A program made the position numbers and the translations under genes. 64,000 nt of DNA from Blasia pusilla (Eukaryota): assembly GCA_050084515.1 (NCBI GenBank), contig CM114271.1:27094001-27158000 (forward strand). The letters are read 5' to 3'. Below the pieces are notes generated by a model. It worked only from the letters and a program-made list of their open reading frames with translations. It was not told the origin of the DNA and searched no databases. Of this stretch, positions 37,325 through 49,747 are shown piece after piece. The number at the start of each line of letters is the position of its first letter. The first letter of the stretch is position 1.

Positions 37325-39307
37325 TACTCATTAAGTAGTGCCTTCCCTTCTTTAGACCCCTACCTGGTTGGATGTGCTTGAGCTGGATGGGTGTAGAGAG
37401 AGAAGCAAGTGAAGAAGGTACCATATGAGAGGAGGGAGACACTCTCATATAGTGTGAGTCTTGACCAAACAATCGGAGCTTCAAGTGTCAACCAAGAATC
37501 TCTTCACCACACCATCTACTTTACACGATTGGGATCCCCAATAGACATTACTTACTAGTGCAGCAGTTTTGGGCAATGAATCAAGGCTTGAATGTGTTGA
37601 ACAATGGTGCTCTTAGCAATATCAAGATATGCTCTTGCTCGTGTGTTGTGAATTTTGCGCAGAGACCAAGTAATGACTAGAGAGTCCCCCATCACACAAG
37701 GCGCAAGAGTTTAGTTGTGTTCCCATCCCGCTTTTCTTATGGTTCAAGGATTTCCCCCTGAACTTGAACTTGAGCCGGGTTCCCAAGCAAGGGGTTCCTC
37801 CAAATAGTTCTTGATTCCCTTCTCGGGATATAGCGTCAAAGAGAGAGGTCATACATTTTCATGGCTTCCTCCGTCTTTATTACGCTGCTTTGTGAGCGTT
37901 GTTCACTTTGCTTTGGTTATGGTATCCACGAATGCTTTCTCATCTTGCTCCCCCCCAGTTTAGGCCTTTGTGAGCTTGGATGCTTGCACAATCTCTTGAA
38001 CCTTTTTCGCCCAAGATTTGGCAATTTTACGGGTCTTCTTTGGGTCAGGTTTTCCCCATCACCTCTTTAGGATAGCGATGGGAGTCCATTGTCTCGACTG
38101 CCTCCGCCATTTCAGACTTGGCAATGTCACGTCTATCCTCCAAGGGTTCCACACCTGGATTCGATCTCACACCAACGCTGGCTGTTCGTGATGAAGTTGA
38201 CATCATACCAAACGCCTTCACCGACTTCAAGCCTATCCCTTTGTTTGGTGTTGGCATCCCCACTGCTGCCCGTATTCAGCGAGGGCGAATGGTATGCAAA
38301 ATGACACAACGCTTTTCCGATGTGATGTCCCGGCATGTAGGAATCAGACGGACCGTTCACCTTCTTGTGGCCTTTCTCAGTAGTAGTCTTTAATGTGTGC
38401 ATCCCACATGCAATCTTCCGAGAATTCTATGCCCAGATAGGTGTAGGTAGCCACACGGGGATCTCTTGGTCACCCCAAGACACCATGCTGTTGGTCTTGG
38501 TCCTCCTCCTTGCCATTGAAAATCATCACATCGCACTTCAAGTACATTTGCCTCCATGCCCCACATGTCACACAGATTTTGGTCGGGAGATCATCTCTTG
38601 AGTTTCTCTCCTGTTTCCTCGAGGCCACCAAAGTCATCAAGCAAACATTAGGGCAACAATAGAGTTGTTGCCCACCCGTATGCCTAGTCCACTATCCTCC
38701 ATTTCTTCCAATAGATTTCACGAAAATGTTGAAGAGGGTGGGGGAGAGCGGGCATCCTTGAGCCACTCCTTGCTTGATGTCGAATGTCCCACTCTTTTGG
38801 CCATTCACCAGAACTCTACTCCTTGTGTTCGTACATCTTCTCCACCACCCTCCTTATTTTCCCTCTTTGCCCCACCTTCCAGCTATAAGAAAGCCCGTCA
38901 CGCCATACGGTGTCATATGCCTTCTTGAGGTCCAAGAAGAAGCAATAGGTGGGTTCCCTTCTTTTCCTACCTTGATGATCTCGATCAAGGTGAAGATGTG
39001 GTCCACACATCCTCGGGCTTGCGGAAGCCTGGCCTTCCTTGATGATGATTGAGAATTCTCCTCCAGCAGAGATCCTATTGTTGAGTATACGGCAAAGGAG
39101 CTTCCTCACTACACTCAACAATGTAATACCCTGAAGGTCTTCTCGCTCACCCTTCTTGAAGAGGTTCACGATGACTCCCATCCGCCATCTTTGTGGGATG
39201 ATGCTGCCAAACCAAGGTTGAAGAGGAGAGAACGAGCCATAGCATGAAGATCGCCATACTTCAAGACTCATTCACAAGCTCATCACCACCGCCTGCTTTG
39301 TGGTTCA

Positions 39308-42300
39308 TGTGCGCCCCTTCATGAGTGGCTCCCATGTGTGTTAGATACTTTTGGGACTCTAGTTAGGTGAGTAGAAGGAGCTAGAACAACAATCTGCAAT
39401 TTAAATGGGATCATTGGTGCCATTCGGACCAAGATGGTGGCAGCTCACACATCAGATTGGGATAGGAAATTAGCTTCAGCTGTCCATGCTTACAACACAG
39501 TTGAGAAGAGCACCACAAGGAAAAGTCCCTACTTCTTGGTGTATGGGCAGAACCCTCTCTCGGTAGTAGAGTTGGAGTTGAAGACTGATCATACTCTAGA
39601 AGGGCACTTCCAACCTGAAGGTGGCATAGATAGCAGGCTGGATATGATTGATGCCCTAGAGGAGGAGAGAAAGGCACCATTAGAGAAGACCAAGTCCGTT
39701 CAGCAACAAAGGAAGATGAGGTTTGATAACCGAATACAACATGATCCAGTGAAGGATGGGGACATGGTGCTGATGTATGATAGTCGACCCCAAAAGTTTC
39801 CAGGAAAGCTACACATTCGACTGCTTAGGCCTTATCAGGTGAGGAGCAGCAGGGAAGTAATGAGGAGGTGAGGAGCAGCAGGGAAGTAATGAGATCAGGT
39901 GAGATCAGGTGAGGAGCAGTAGGGAAGTAATGAGATCAGGTGAGATCAGGTGAGGAGCAGCAGGGAAGTAATGAGATCGGTGAGATCGTGAGAGGTGAGA
40001 TCGAGGAGTGAGGAGCGGGAGGGAAGTAATGAGATCAGGTGAGATCAGGTGAGAGCATCCAAGGAAGCTCGAACCAGCTTGAGAAGAAGCAAGCTTGGGA
40101 AATGCTAGTTAGAACAGGTTGAAGTAGATGAGGTCCAAATTTCAAGTAGATGCCTTGGAGTAGATGCTTAGGGGAGGTAGATTTGTAGGAAGGTAGGAAC
40201 CCAGAATGCCGGAGAAGCCCAAGGAAGAAGAGGGCTCTCAACTTCACTTATAAATACTCTGGTGGGTTTGCTTGAAGGCGGGCATAGACATCTTTGTTGG
40301 CTAGTAGACACTCGATCTCTTGAGCCAAGCTAACCAAAGAGGAGTTATGTGCTCCCAGTCTAGGTAGTGTGTAGTGTGCTTTGAAGGGGGCTGAGAAGAA
40401 GAAGGTCTCTCATGTACTCTATGATTTTGTGATACAGGGAGGTAGCCCCTGTGAAATGAGTTCACACCATTGCCTTGTATCCGAGTATGTGCATGATTGA
40501 GTGATGAGTTGGGGAGGGCTTGATGAAGGAGATTCTTGGAGATGATTCAACTAATCATTCAAAAGTGCGAGGGAGAGGACAAGAGGTGTACCGGTAGAGG
40601 GGGGAGGCAAGCTCGGGTTCCAAGATTGTGCTCCACCAAGGTGTGCTTGGAAAGCTTGATGTTTACGCCCCACCTAAGCTTGGCCTTTGACACCAATCAC
40701 ATGATTACTTCAGTGTGACAACCTGGACTTCTAGGTCTGGTAAGTGATAAGAGTTAGTGAGTGGAGAGAGAGAGGGTCATGCTTGAGCTCCCCTATAGGT
40801 AGAAGACCATGGGCTTAGCTTTGTTAAGTCTCCTACTACTGAACAAGAAGGGAGAAAGCGGATCAGCAAGGTGCGAGGAGAAGAAGAAGGTGATTGCACT
40901 ACTTGATCGGTTAGGAGTTGGGTGTACTTTAGAGGATGCCTTGGTACATTCAACTAGTCCAATGCAAAGCACATTGGAGGACCTATATGCTGCCCTGGTC
41001 ATCCTTGATTTGTGAATTCTAAGTAGAGTGTGCTTGTTGGGTTCCACTGGCCACTCCACTCAAAGCACTCAAGAGGAAGGAAGGAGTTTTGGTTAGTAGG
41101 GTGAGGATAGGATTGTGATACTGAAGTGGAGAGAGTTCCTCCAGCCTCTTAAGGTAAAAGAGGTGGGGTTTCTGATGAGTTAAGGAGTACATCTTGTAGA
41201 TCTTGATCTTCTGATCGGCCCTAAGCTCTTACATGGGACCAGGCGGGTGGAACTAGCAACATTTTCACCTGGGTTGTGTCTTTGGCCATGTATTACGGTG
41301 AGACATTTTGGCGCTTCTTGCCGAGGAGTGTGGAGTCGGACCAAAAGTGAAGGAGACTTATGAGTGAGCGGCATCAAAGACATTCAGCAAGGAGTGCACG
41401 GAAGGCTGCTGCAGATCACCAAGAAGAGAGAGAAAGAGCTTCCATAGGAGACTCTTTTGTGGGGAGTCAAGTTCAGCACACGTGCTATAACATCCCGGCT
41501 CAGTTCAATTGGTTCTGCTCAAGCTACCTCAATCAAGATGCCTCCCTCATTTGAATCAAGTACACCAGATTTCGAGGGGATGGTGGTCAAGATGTGGATG
41601 ACTGGATGGAACAATACCTAGCAACTTTGGACCAATGATGAAGGGGATGAAGACACAACCAAGAGGTTGTTTAGGTGGGCTGATTGATGGAGAAGCCTTG
41701 CGTTGGTACAATGCCTTGGAGGATGGATGAAAGCTGATTGGCCAAGGCTGAAGTCAGCATTTGAGCAAGAGTTTAGGAGATCGGGGCAGATTCAAGGGTG
41801 ATGTCACGACTGAATTCTATCAAGATGAAGGCAAGTGACACACTAAGGAGCTACACCCAGCGTGTCTAGCGGTGATAGGGAATTTGTCCATAGTACCACC
41901 AGCAAACCTTCAGTTGGAGTGGTTTATTTCTGGTCTACAGAGTTGTTGGATTTTGAAGTGAGGAAGGCAGATCCTCAAACATTAGCATTTCTTGTTGAGG
42001 TGGCCAAGAGATATGAGAAGTCAGCCCTACTATCAAGGCTGGGCGAGAGAAGAAGCTGAAAGAAGAAGGTCAAGTTTGAGGACTCGATGATAGTGATGAG
42101 TACTCGGTGGAGGACAGAGAAGAGAAGTCTAGCCATCGAGAAGTAGAGAGACACATCCATCACAACTCACCAAGGTTGTGAAGGATGAACCGCAACTTAA
42201 GGGCAGCCATAGAGGAGGTGAAGGTGCAGATGGTGATATCAAGAAGAACGCAAAGGCGATCCCTATGACCCCACTAATATTTGGTGCACCCGATGCAAGA

Positions 42301-45300
42301 AGGAGGGTCATTTCTCTCATGATTGTCAAGCTGAATGGAGGATGATCCAAGAGACGGAGCTGAACTCTCGGGAGCTAGAGCTCAGGGGACATAGAGTGTC
42401 TTTATGCTATTCAACAAGGAGCTCTACGTCTTGATATCGAGGGCTAGACTAGGGGTTCAATACCAAGAATCCCTGGTGCTTGTTGGGAGTGTGGGAGGTC
42501 GCACATATCTCACCCGAGTGCCCACACCAGGAGGATGCCAGGGAGTACATCTTCTTTGTGTAGAAATTGCAAGGAAGAGGGGCACAAGGCTTCCAAGTGC
42601 CCAAAGCCTGTGCAACTTAGAGTCTTGCCCGCTATACCCCAATCCCACCTAGGGAAGAAAATGACCCTCAACTGGTCCAACAAGGCAAAGCAGCAGAGCA
42701 GCAACCAAGGGGCGAGGCACAACTTCAAATGTCGGATGGATCAGGATGTGAAGAGGAGAATGTGTGGAGAGTGTCTACCAGGAGGCAAACCAATGAAGAG
42801 AAGGGCAAGGGGCCTGCAAGAGAGGAGATCAGATCAGGTGGAGAAGAGGAGGAAGAAGCTCCAGCCTTTGAGTTGCCTGATGTTCTTGAAGAAGTGCTAG
42901 CCCACTTGGAAGAGCTTCATACCAAGGAAGGAGAGGCCAATACCAAGAAGACTACAATGGTGGTAAGACCCTCTTTGTCCCCTGCAGCGAGGAAGGGAGT
43001 TGCACTACAACATCATGCTGGACATTGAGAAGAGGTTAGTGAAGTCACCATTGGGCGGTTGTTGAAGGATAATCCAAGGTACCGAAAGCAAGTGTTGGAT
43101 GCAAGTAAAGACCAAGAGGAGGAAGAGGCTCCCACCTACCATTTTAGAGGTGAGATACACTGAAGTGGAGGATTGGGGAGCACCTGAGATCGATTTCTTG
43201 AGATCGAAGGGTGTTTGATCACAAGGGTACCAGTGGATGGAGGTTCGGTGTGAATGTCATGATGGAGCAAGCTGCTGCGACTGGGTTACACGTATTGAGC
43301 CTACCCCAAAGATATTGAGGATGGCTAACCAAGAGGAAGTGGTACCCGTGGGTAAGTTATCTCAGGTAGTTACTAGGATGGGAGAGTTGGAGTATAAGCT
43401 AAACTATGTAGTAATCAGGCTACCCATTCCTGCTACATTCCAAGTTTTGTCGGGGAGGCCTTGGCTGTACAAGGCAGGAGTTTTGGAGGATTGGAAGAAG
43501 AAGGAGTTTAGGATTGGTTCAGTAAGGATCCCATGGGGGATTCCAGCATACCAAGGCGAGACAACAGCAAGCTCCATGGGGTACACGACTGAGAGTGAGG
43601 AAATAGATGAAGAAGAGCAAGCTTCAGATTGCTGGATGGTGGTGAATGCCTTCAAGACAGCAACAAAAAAAGAGTTTGACTTCAACCAACCAGAGGAAGA
43701 GCATGTGCAGGTCAAGGAAGATGAAGAGCCAGAGGACACCACCAAGACTTGGCCTCTTACATCAAATGAAGAAGATCAAATGAGACTAGCTATGGGGAAG
43801 AAGAAGAAGAATGAGCATGCCCTGGGAGAACTTGATGTCCCACTCACCAGTGCATGGGTGCACCAGCAGCTAATGGAGGATCCAGATATGAAGGGCTATC
43901 ATGAGACCTTTGGAAGAGAGCAAGAGGAGGACCTCTCCGCTGTTGTAAAACCAGTTCAGTATGAGAAGATGAGTCTTCCGCCAAATATGGAGTTCTATGT
44001 AGGCAGGACTATCCAGGAGGTGGAGAAAGAAGCCTACAAGGAGTTGTTGCTAGAGTTCAAGGATGTGTTTTCTTGGTCACATCACGACTGACCTGGAATC
44101 TCACCCGAGTATGGAGAACATCGGATAGACTTGAAGGAGGATGCAGTACCCGTTAGGCAAAGGCAATACAGGCTCAATCCAAAGTACTCCTTGAAAGTGA
44201 AGGAGGAGTTGGATAAGCTATTGGAAGCAGGATTTATCTATCGTGTAAAACATAGTGAGTGGGTATCCCCCATTGTGATTGTACCAAAGAAGGTGGGAGC
44301 TGATGGAATAGCCAAGATCAGAGTTTTTCAAGACTATAGAAAGTTGAATGAGGCTACCAAGAAGGACTTCTACCCGCTGCCCTTCATGATATCATCTTTG
44401 GACCATGTAGCTGGTCATGCGGTGTACACTTTCTTGGACGGTATGTCGGGGTACTACCAGACTTTCATCAGAGTTGGAGACCAGATCTACACTACATTCA
44501 CCATTGATTGGGGGACTTATGCATTTCGCAAGATGCCCTTTGGATTGTGTAATGCTCCAGGTACATTTCAGAGGATCATGAGAGACATTTTTCATGATTT
44601 CTTGAGGCATTTTCTAGAGGTCTTCATCGATGATTTTGCAGTTTTCAGTAAAAGGAGGAGCATCTACAACATTTGAGGCTTACCTTTGAAAGATGTAAGG
44701 AAGCCAATCTGAAGTTAAACCAGGAAAGTGCTTCATTGGGATGGAGAGTGGGATCTTTGTTGGGGCATAGAGTATCAGCCGAGGGGATTGTCAGAGACCT
44801 GGATAAAGTGACCACCATCTTGGCTCTCAAAGCACCCACTAGTGTGAAAGAAGTTGAGGCTTCCTTCGCATGGTTGGTTATTATAGGAGGTTTATAGAGG
44901 GATATGCTAAGATTGCTCTCCCATTGACCGAGTTTCTGAAGAAGGAGGCTACATTCCACTGGGCAGATCGCCAAGAGGAAGCCTTTAGGGAGCTCAAGGC
45001 AAGGATGGTGAAGGCACCCATGATGGCAAAGACACCAAGGTTTGATAGAGAGTTCCATGTAATTGGTGATGCTTCGGATTTTGCATAGGAATTATATTGT
45101 GGCAAAGTATGGAGAGGACAAAGAGGAGAGGCCAATTTATTATGCTAGTAGGCGTTGAGTTCACTGAGAGAAACTACAAAGACTCTTTGAGAGAGAGTGC
45201 TTGCCTATCATTTTTTGCGTGTAAGAAGTTCAGGCATTACCTCCTCGGCCATGATGTGGTCTTTCACACTGATCATGATGCCATCAAACATCTGGTCAAC

Positions 45301-47428
45301 AAGGCTGATCTATCCGGCAGAGTTGCAAGGTGGGTTATGCTACTACAAGAGTTCCAATACTAGATCAAGGTGAAGCCAGGATGGGGAACAAGAATGTTGA
45401 CTACTGTCCGGGCTAGAGGAGGAAGAGATGAGAAATGCTATTGTTGCGAGTTTCTGATGAACACCTCTTTGCCATTTCGGAAGAAGGGGATGAGTATCTT
45501 TGAGATTGGAAGGTATCTCAAAGAGGGAGTTGTTCCACCCCATGAACTCTCAAAAACAAAAGATGTTTATAGTTAAGCGGGGCCATATGCATTGATCGAG
45601 GATGTCTTTGTTCAAACTTGGACCAGGATGACAAAGTTGAGAAGGTGTGTGAGTAAGGGAGAAAGTCCGAGAATCATGCACACATTCCACTCAAGAGAGG
45701 AGGGGGTCACTTTGGAGTGGAGACCACCATCAAGAAGATTCGAACTACAGGGTACTGGTGGCCTACCCTCCATAGAGATGTGCATAAGTACATCGAAGTT
45801 GTGACCCTTGCCAACATTCAGGCAAACCTTGATTAAGGATCACTGGCCACTCACACCTATCATCCCTTTGGGTCCTTTTGCTAAGTGGGGAATTGACTTC
45901 ATTGGTCCTATCACTCCTGCTAGTAAGGGCCATAGAAATAGGTACATTATTCTAGCCACTGATTATGCTACTAAGTGGGTGGAAGCTAAGGCCACAAGGA
46001 AGAATCATGGTGAAACTGCTGGGAAGTTTTTGTATGAGCATATTCTCATGAGGTTTGGTGCTCCATGGGAGTTAGTGAGTGATAGAGGTTTGCACTTCAT
46101 TAATGAGGTGATTCAGGCTATAACAGAGCAGCACTGCATCAAGCATAGGTTGACCACACCTTACAACCCTAAGGCTAATGGTCTCACTGAGAGAGCCAAT
46201 GGGATCATTGGTGCTATTTTGACCAAGATAATGGCAGCTCACACATCAGATTGGGATAGGAAATTAGCTTCAGGTGTCCATGCTTACAACACAGCTGAGA
46301 AGAGTACCACAGGGAAAAGTCCCTACTTCTTGGTGTATGGGCAGAACCCTCTCTCGGTAGTAGAGTTGGAGTTGAAGACTGATCATACTCTAGAAGGGCA
46401 CTTCCAACCTGAAGGTGGCATAGATAGCAGGTGGATATGATTGATGCCCTAGAGGAGGAGAGAAAGGCAGCATTAGAGAAGACCAAGGCCGTTCAGCAAC
46501 AAAGGAAGATGAGGTTTGATAACCGAATAAAGCATGATCCAGTGAAGGATGGGGACATGGTGCTGATGTATGATAGTCGACACCAAAAGTTTCCAAGAAA
46601 GCTGCACATACGCTGGCTTGGGCGTTATCAAGTAATCTCAGTATTTGAGAATGGTTCTTTGTCTTTGGCTACACTAGATGGGGAAGCATTACCGGCAAGA
46701 GTGAATGGATCGAGGATTAGAAAATACTATGACATGGGGCAGCTGATTGAAGATGGCTTTCAAAACTAGCATGCTCTCGGGGCGTTCGCAAGCTGGCCCT
46801 GGGATTATATGTGCGCCCCTTCATGAGTGGCTCCCATGTGTGTTAGATACTTTTGGGACTCTAGTTAGGTGAGTAGAAGGAGCTAGAACAACAATCTGCA
46901 ATTTAAATGGGATCATTGGTGCCATTCGGACCAAGATGGTGACAGCTCACACATCAGATTGGGATAGGAAATTAGCTTCATCTGTCCATGCTTACAACAC
47001 AGTTGAGAAGAGCACCACAGGGAAAAGTCCCTACTTCTTGGTGTATGGGCAGAACCCTCTCTCGATAGTAGAGTTGGAGTTGAAGACTGATCATACTCTA
47101 GAAGGGCACTTCCAACCTGAAGGTGGCATAGATAGCAGGCTGGATATGATTGATGCCCTAGAGGAGGAGAGAAAGGCAGCATTAGAGAAGACCAAGTCCG
47201 TTCAGCAACAAAGGAAGATGAGGTTTGATAACCGAATAAAGCATGATCCAGTGAAGGATGGGGACATCGTGCTGATGTATGATAGTCGACCCCAAAAGTT
47301 TCCAGGAAAGCTACACATTCGACTGCTTAGGCCTTATCAGGTGAGGAGCAGCAGGGAAGTAATGAGATCAGGTGAGGAGCAGCAGGGAAGTAATGAGATC
47401 AGGTGAGATCAGGTGAGGAGCAGCAGGA
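39308..47428 (+). mobile_element. Ty3/gypsy LTR retrotransposon (Athila/Tat-like non-chromovirus), degenerate, 3' LTR truncated
   Basis: LTR starts TGTGCGCCCC at 39308 and again at 46810; the probable 5' LTR end is GTGACA at 40720. gag CCHC (CRNCKEEGHKASKC) ~42550, protease ~43230, RT 44131-44900 (DYRKLNEATKKD.YPLP, MPFGLCNAPGTFQR, FIDDF), RNase H 44870-45363, integrase 45600-46769 (WGIDFIGP, VSDRG.HF, NGLTER, KLHIRWLG.Y). Confidence 0.92.
39838..40055 (+). repeat. Tandem repeat GTGAGGAGCAGCAGGGAAGTAATGAGATCAG within the LTR
   Basis: Several imperfect ~31-41 bp units. The same units recur at 47339-47428 in the 3' LTR. Confidence 0.85.
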
Positions 47429-49634
47429 AGGCAATGGCTGCCCTGAGTTCCAAGGACCACCATTTGACGGCTCTGCCACATATTATCAATTTCCTGCCGA
47501 CAGAAATCTTGGCGGCATCTGTCACTCCACGCTCCCACCATGCCAGTACCATGTCCACAGTTGTTCTTGTGAACCCAAAGGTCTTGACGGTAGATTCAAT
47601 GAAAGTGTCAAATGCCAAGAGATTTTCTTCCATCTTGCCAATGTACACCTTCTTGTTGCCCTCATCTTGGAAGTCTTCTATCCTCCATTTCTTAATCACT
47701 CTCTTTAGTGGTTTGGTCAAGCATTTTAGCCTTTGCTGCAACTCTGTCCAGACCAATGAATGATATGATCTTCCAATGTCTGTCGCATCCACTGTAATCT
47801 TCCCACTGCGTGTGTAGAGTTCCTCATCCACAGCTATGTAGTCCACAATGGAGCTCTCATTCTCCTTGAAGTTGACCCTAGTCCAAGCCAGGGATCCCAC
47901 CTTATGCCTATCATTAAGTGCCATTAGTTGAAGTTCCCTCAACATCGTGATCACCCGTGTGCCATTGCCATTCACTCTCACATCTCCAAACATCCCGATC
48001 TTCGCTTGGGGATCAATGCCTTGCCCCACCTAGCTTTGAAGTCTCCTAGCAAGACTATGTTCCCCTTTGTATGGAACCCAAGGCAATCAATTTTCACACT
48101 ATCAAACGCTGCCTCATTGTGGCAGCAGATTCACTGTTTGTAGGCATGTAAATACACCCAATATACATATCCTCGAGTTGCACTCGGCTCGGACTTTGAC
48201 CCATATCTTTGTGTTCATACTCGAGCCTGTCTTGATGATCTCACACTCCCACCATGAAGTCTCGATGAAGAACCCGACACCCTTCATACCTCTGTTGTTG
48301 TCCTGGAGTCTTTGCACATCTTTCCAAACCATGCATAGTGTGGTACATGGGGTATCTCCGTTAACTTGGTTTCCCAAGTTTCTGATCTCCGCATATATGT
48401 ATTTGATTTTTCAGCAAAACTTCAGCAACCTCCACTGCTTCATTGCATGGGTCGATCCACGAAGTTCAGGTACCCAAACGGAGACTGTCACTAAGTGCGT
48501 TGGGGATCTACGAGCACGCTTTTTGGCGTCGGTGTGGTCGCTTGCGACATGGAACCTCTTCATGTGCAGGCTCTTCATCGGGTGTCCCTTGGAGAACACT
48601 AAAGATATTAGATGTGTAGATCACAGCGGTTTTGTGGAGATGGGCCTTTCCTTCAAGCTGGAACCACCCTCGACTACCATAGCCCTCCAGTTGTAGGCAC
48701 GTCTCAGATCTTGAGACACCTGGTTTTTGTGGCAAGCCAAGTATTGGCCTCCTCGCCTTGATAGACGCCTTGAAGATACATTGATTGTTGTTCATCATCC
48801 GAGTAACCCCAGAGAGCTAGCCAGAATTCAAAGCCCAAAGCTGCGCACATGATCTTAAATGACACAAAGTCTCTTGTGGGACGACACCGAAAATGATCAT
48901 GGGGAACCGTGGTCTCCTCAGAGACCAGATTGAACTCGCTGCCCAGTCCGAACTCCGAGGGGGCCTTTGAGCGTCTAACATAAACATGGCAAGTATTCCC
49001 CCTCCCGGCTTGGGGATCTGGGCTTTGGTATGCGCCTTTGATAGGTGAACTGATACTCCTCACAAGCTTGGGAGGACGGAGATATGTTGGGCTCAAGGCC
49101 GCTGATTATATGTAGAGATTTGGCAAACAACTGATTTAGGATCTGGGGAGAATGTTTAAGCTCCCGGCCCGAGAGTCCGACAGGGGACTCGATGTCCTAT
49201 TTGTCGGAGGGGTGTGTCAAGCGAGGGTGCCCAAAGAGATCCCGCTTGTTACCCCCAGAGATCATCACTACATGCCAAGGTGAACAACCCTGGCATTAAG
49301 CTGCAGAGGAGGGCCCGTGAATCCAGCTTCAAAAGAAGGAGAGGTCTCCATTTCTCCAACTAAGTCCATTGGACACCTTACTTGTGACACAACTGCCACA
49401 AGTCACATGGATTAGAGGACACACTAATCCACACCTACCAACCAGGGGAACGACATCGCAAGCTCACTACAGGTTCCAACTACAGCAATGGGCAACTTGA
49501 CAGAGAGTATTGCTATATTGCTTGCATGCGGTTCACTCATTATAAGCTACCCAGGAGTAGTGCTTTAGAACATGTCGTCCCAACATACCAGGCATGTCGG
49601 GACTTGTAGTTTTGGGGTTTAAACCCAACCTGGC

Positions 49635-49747
<113 letters not shown>

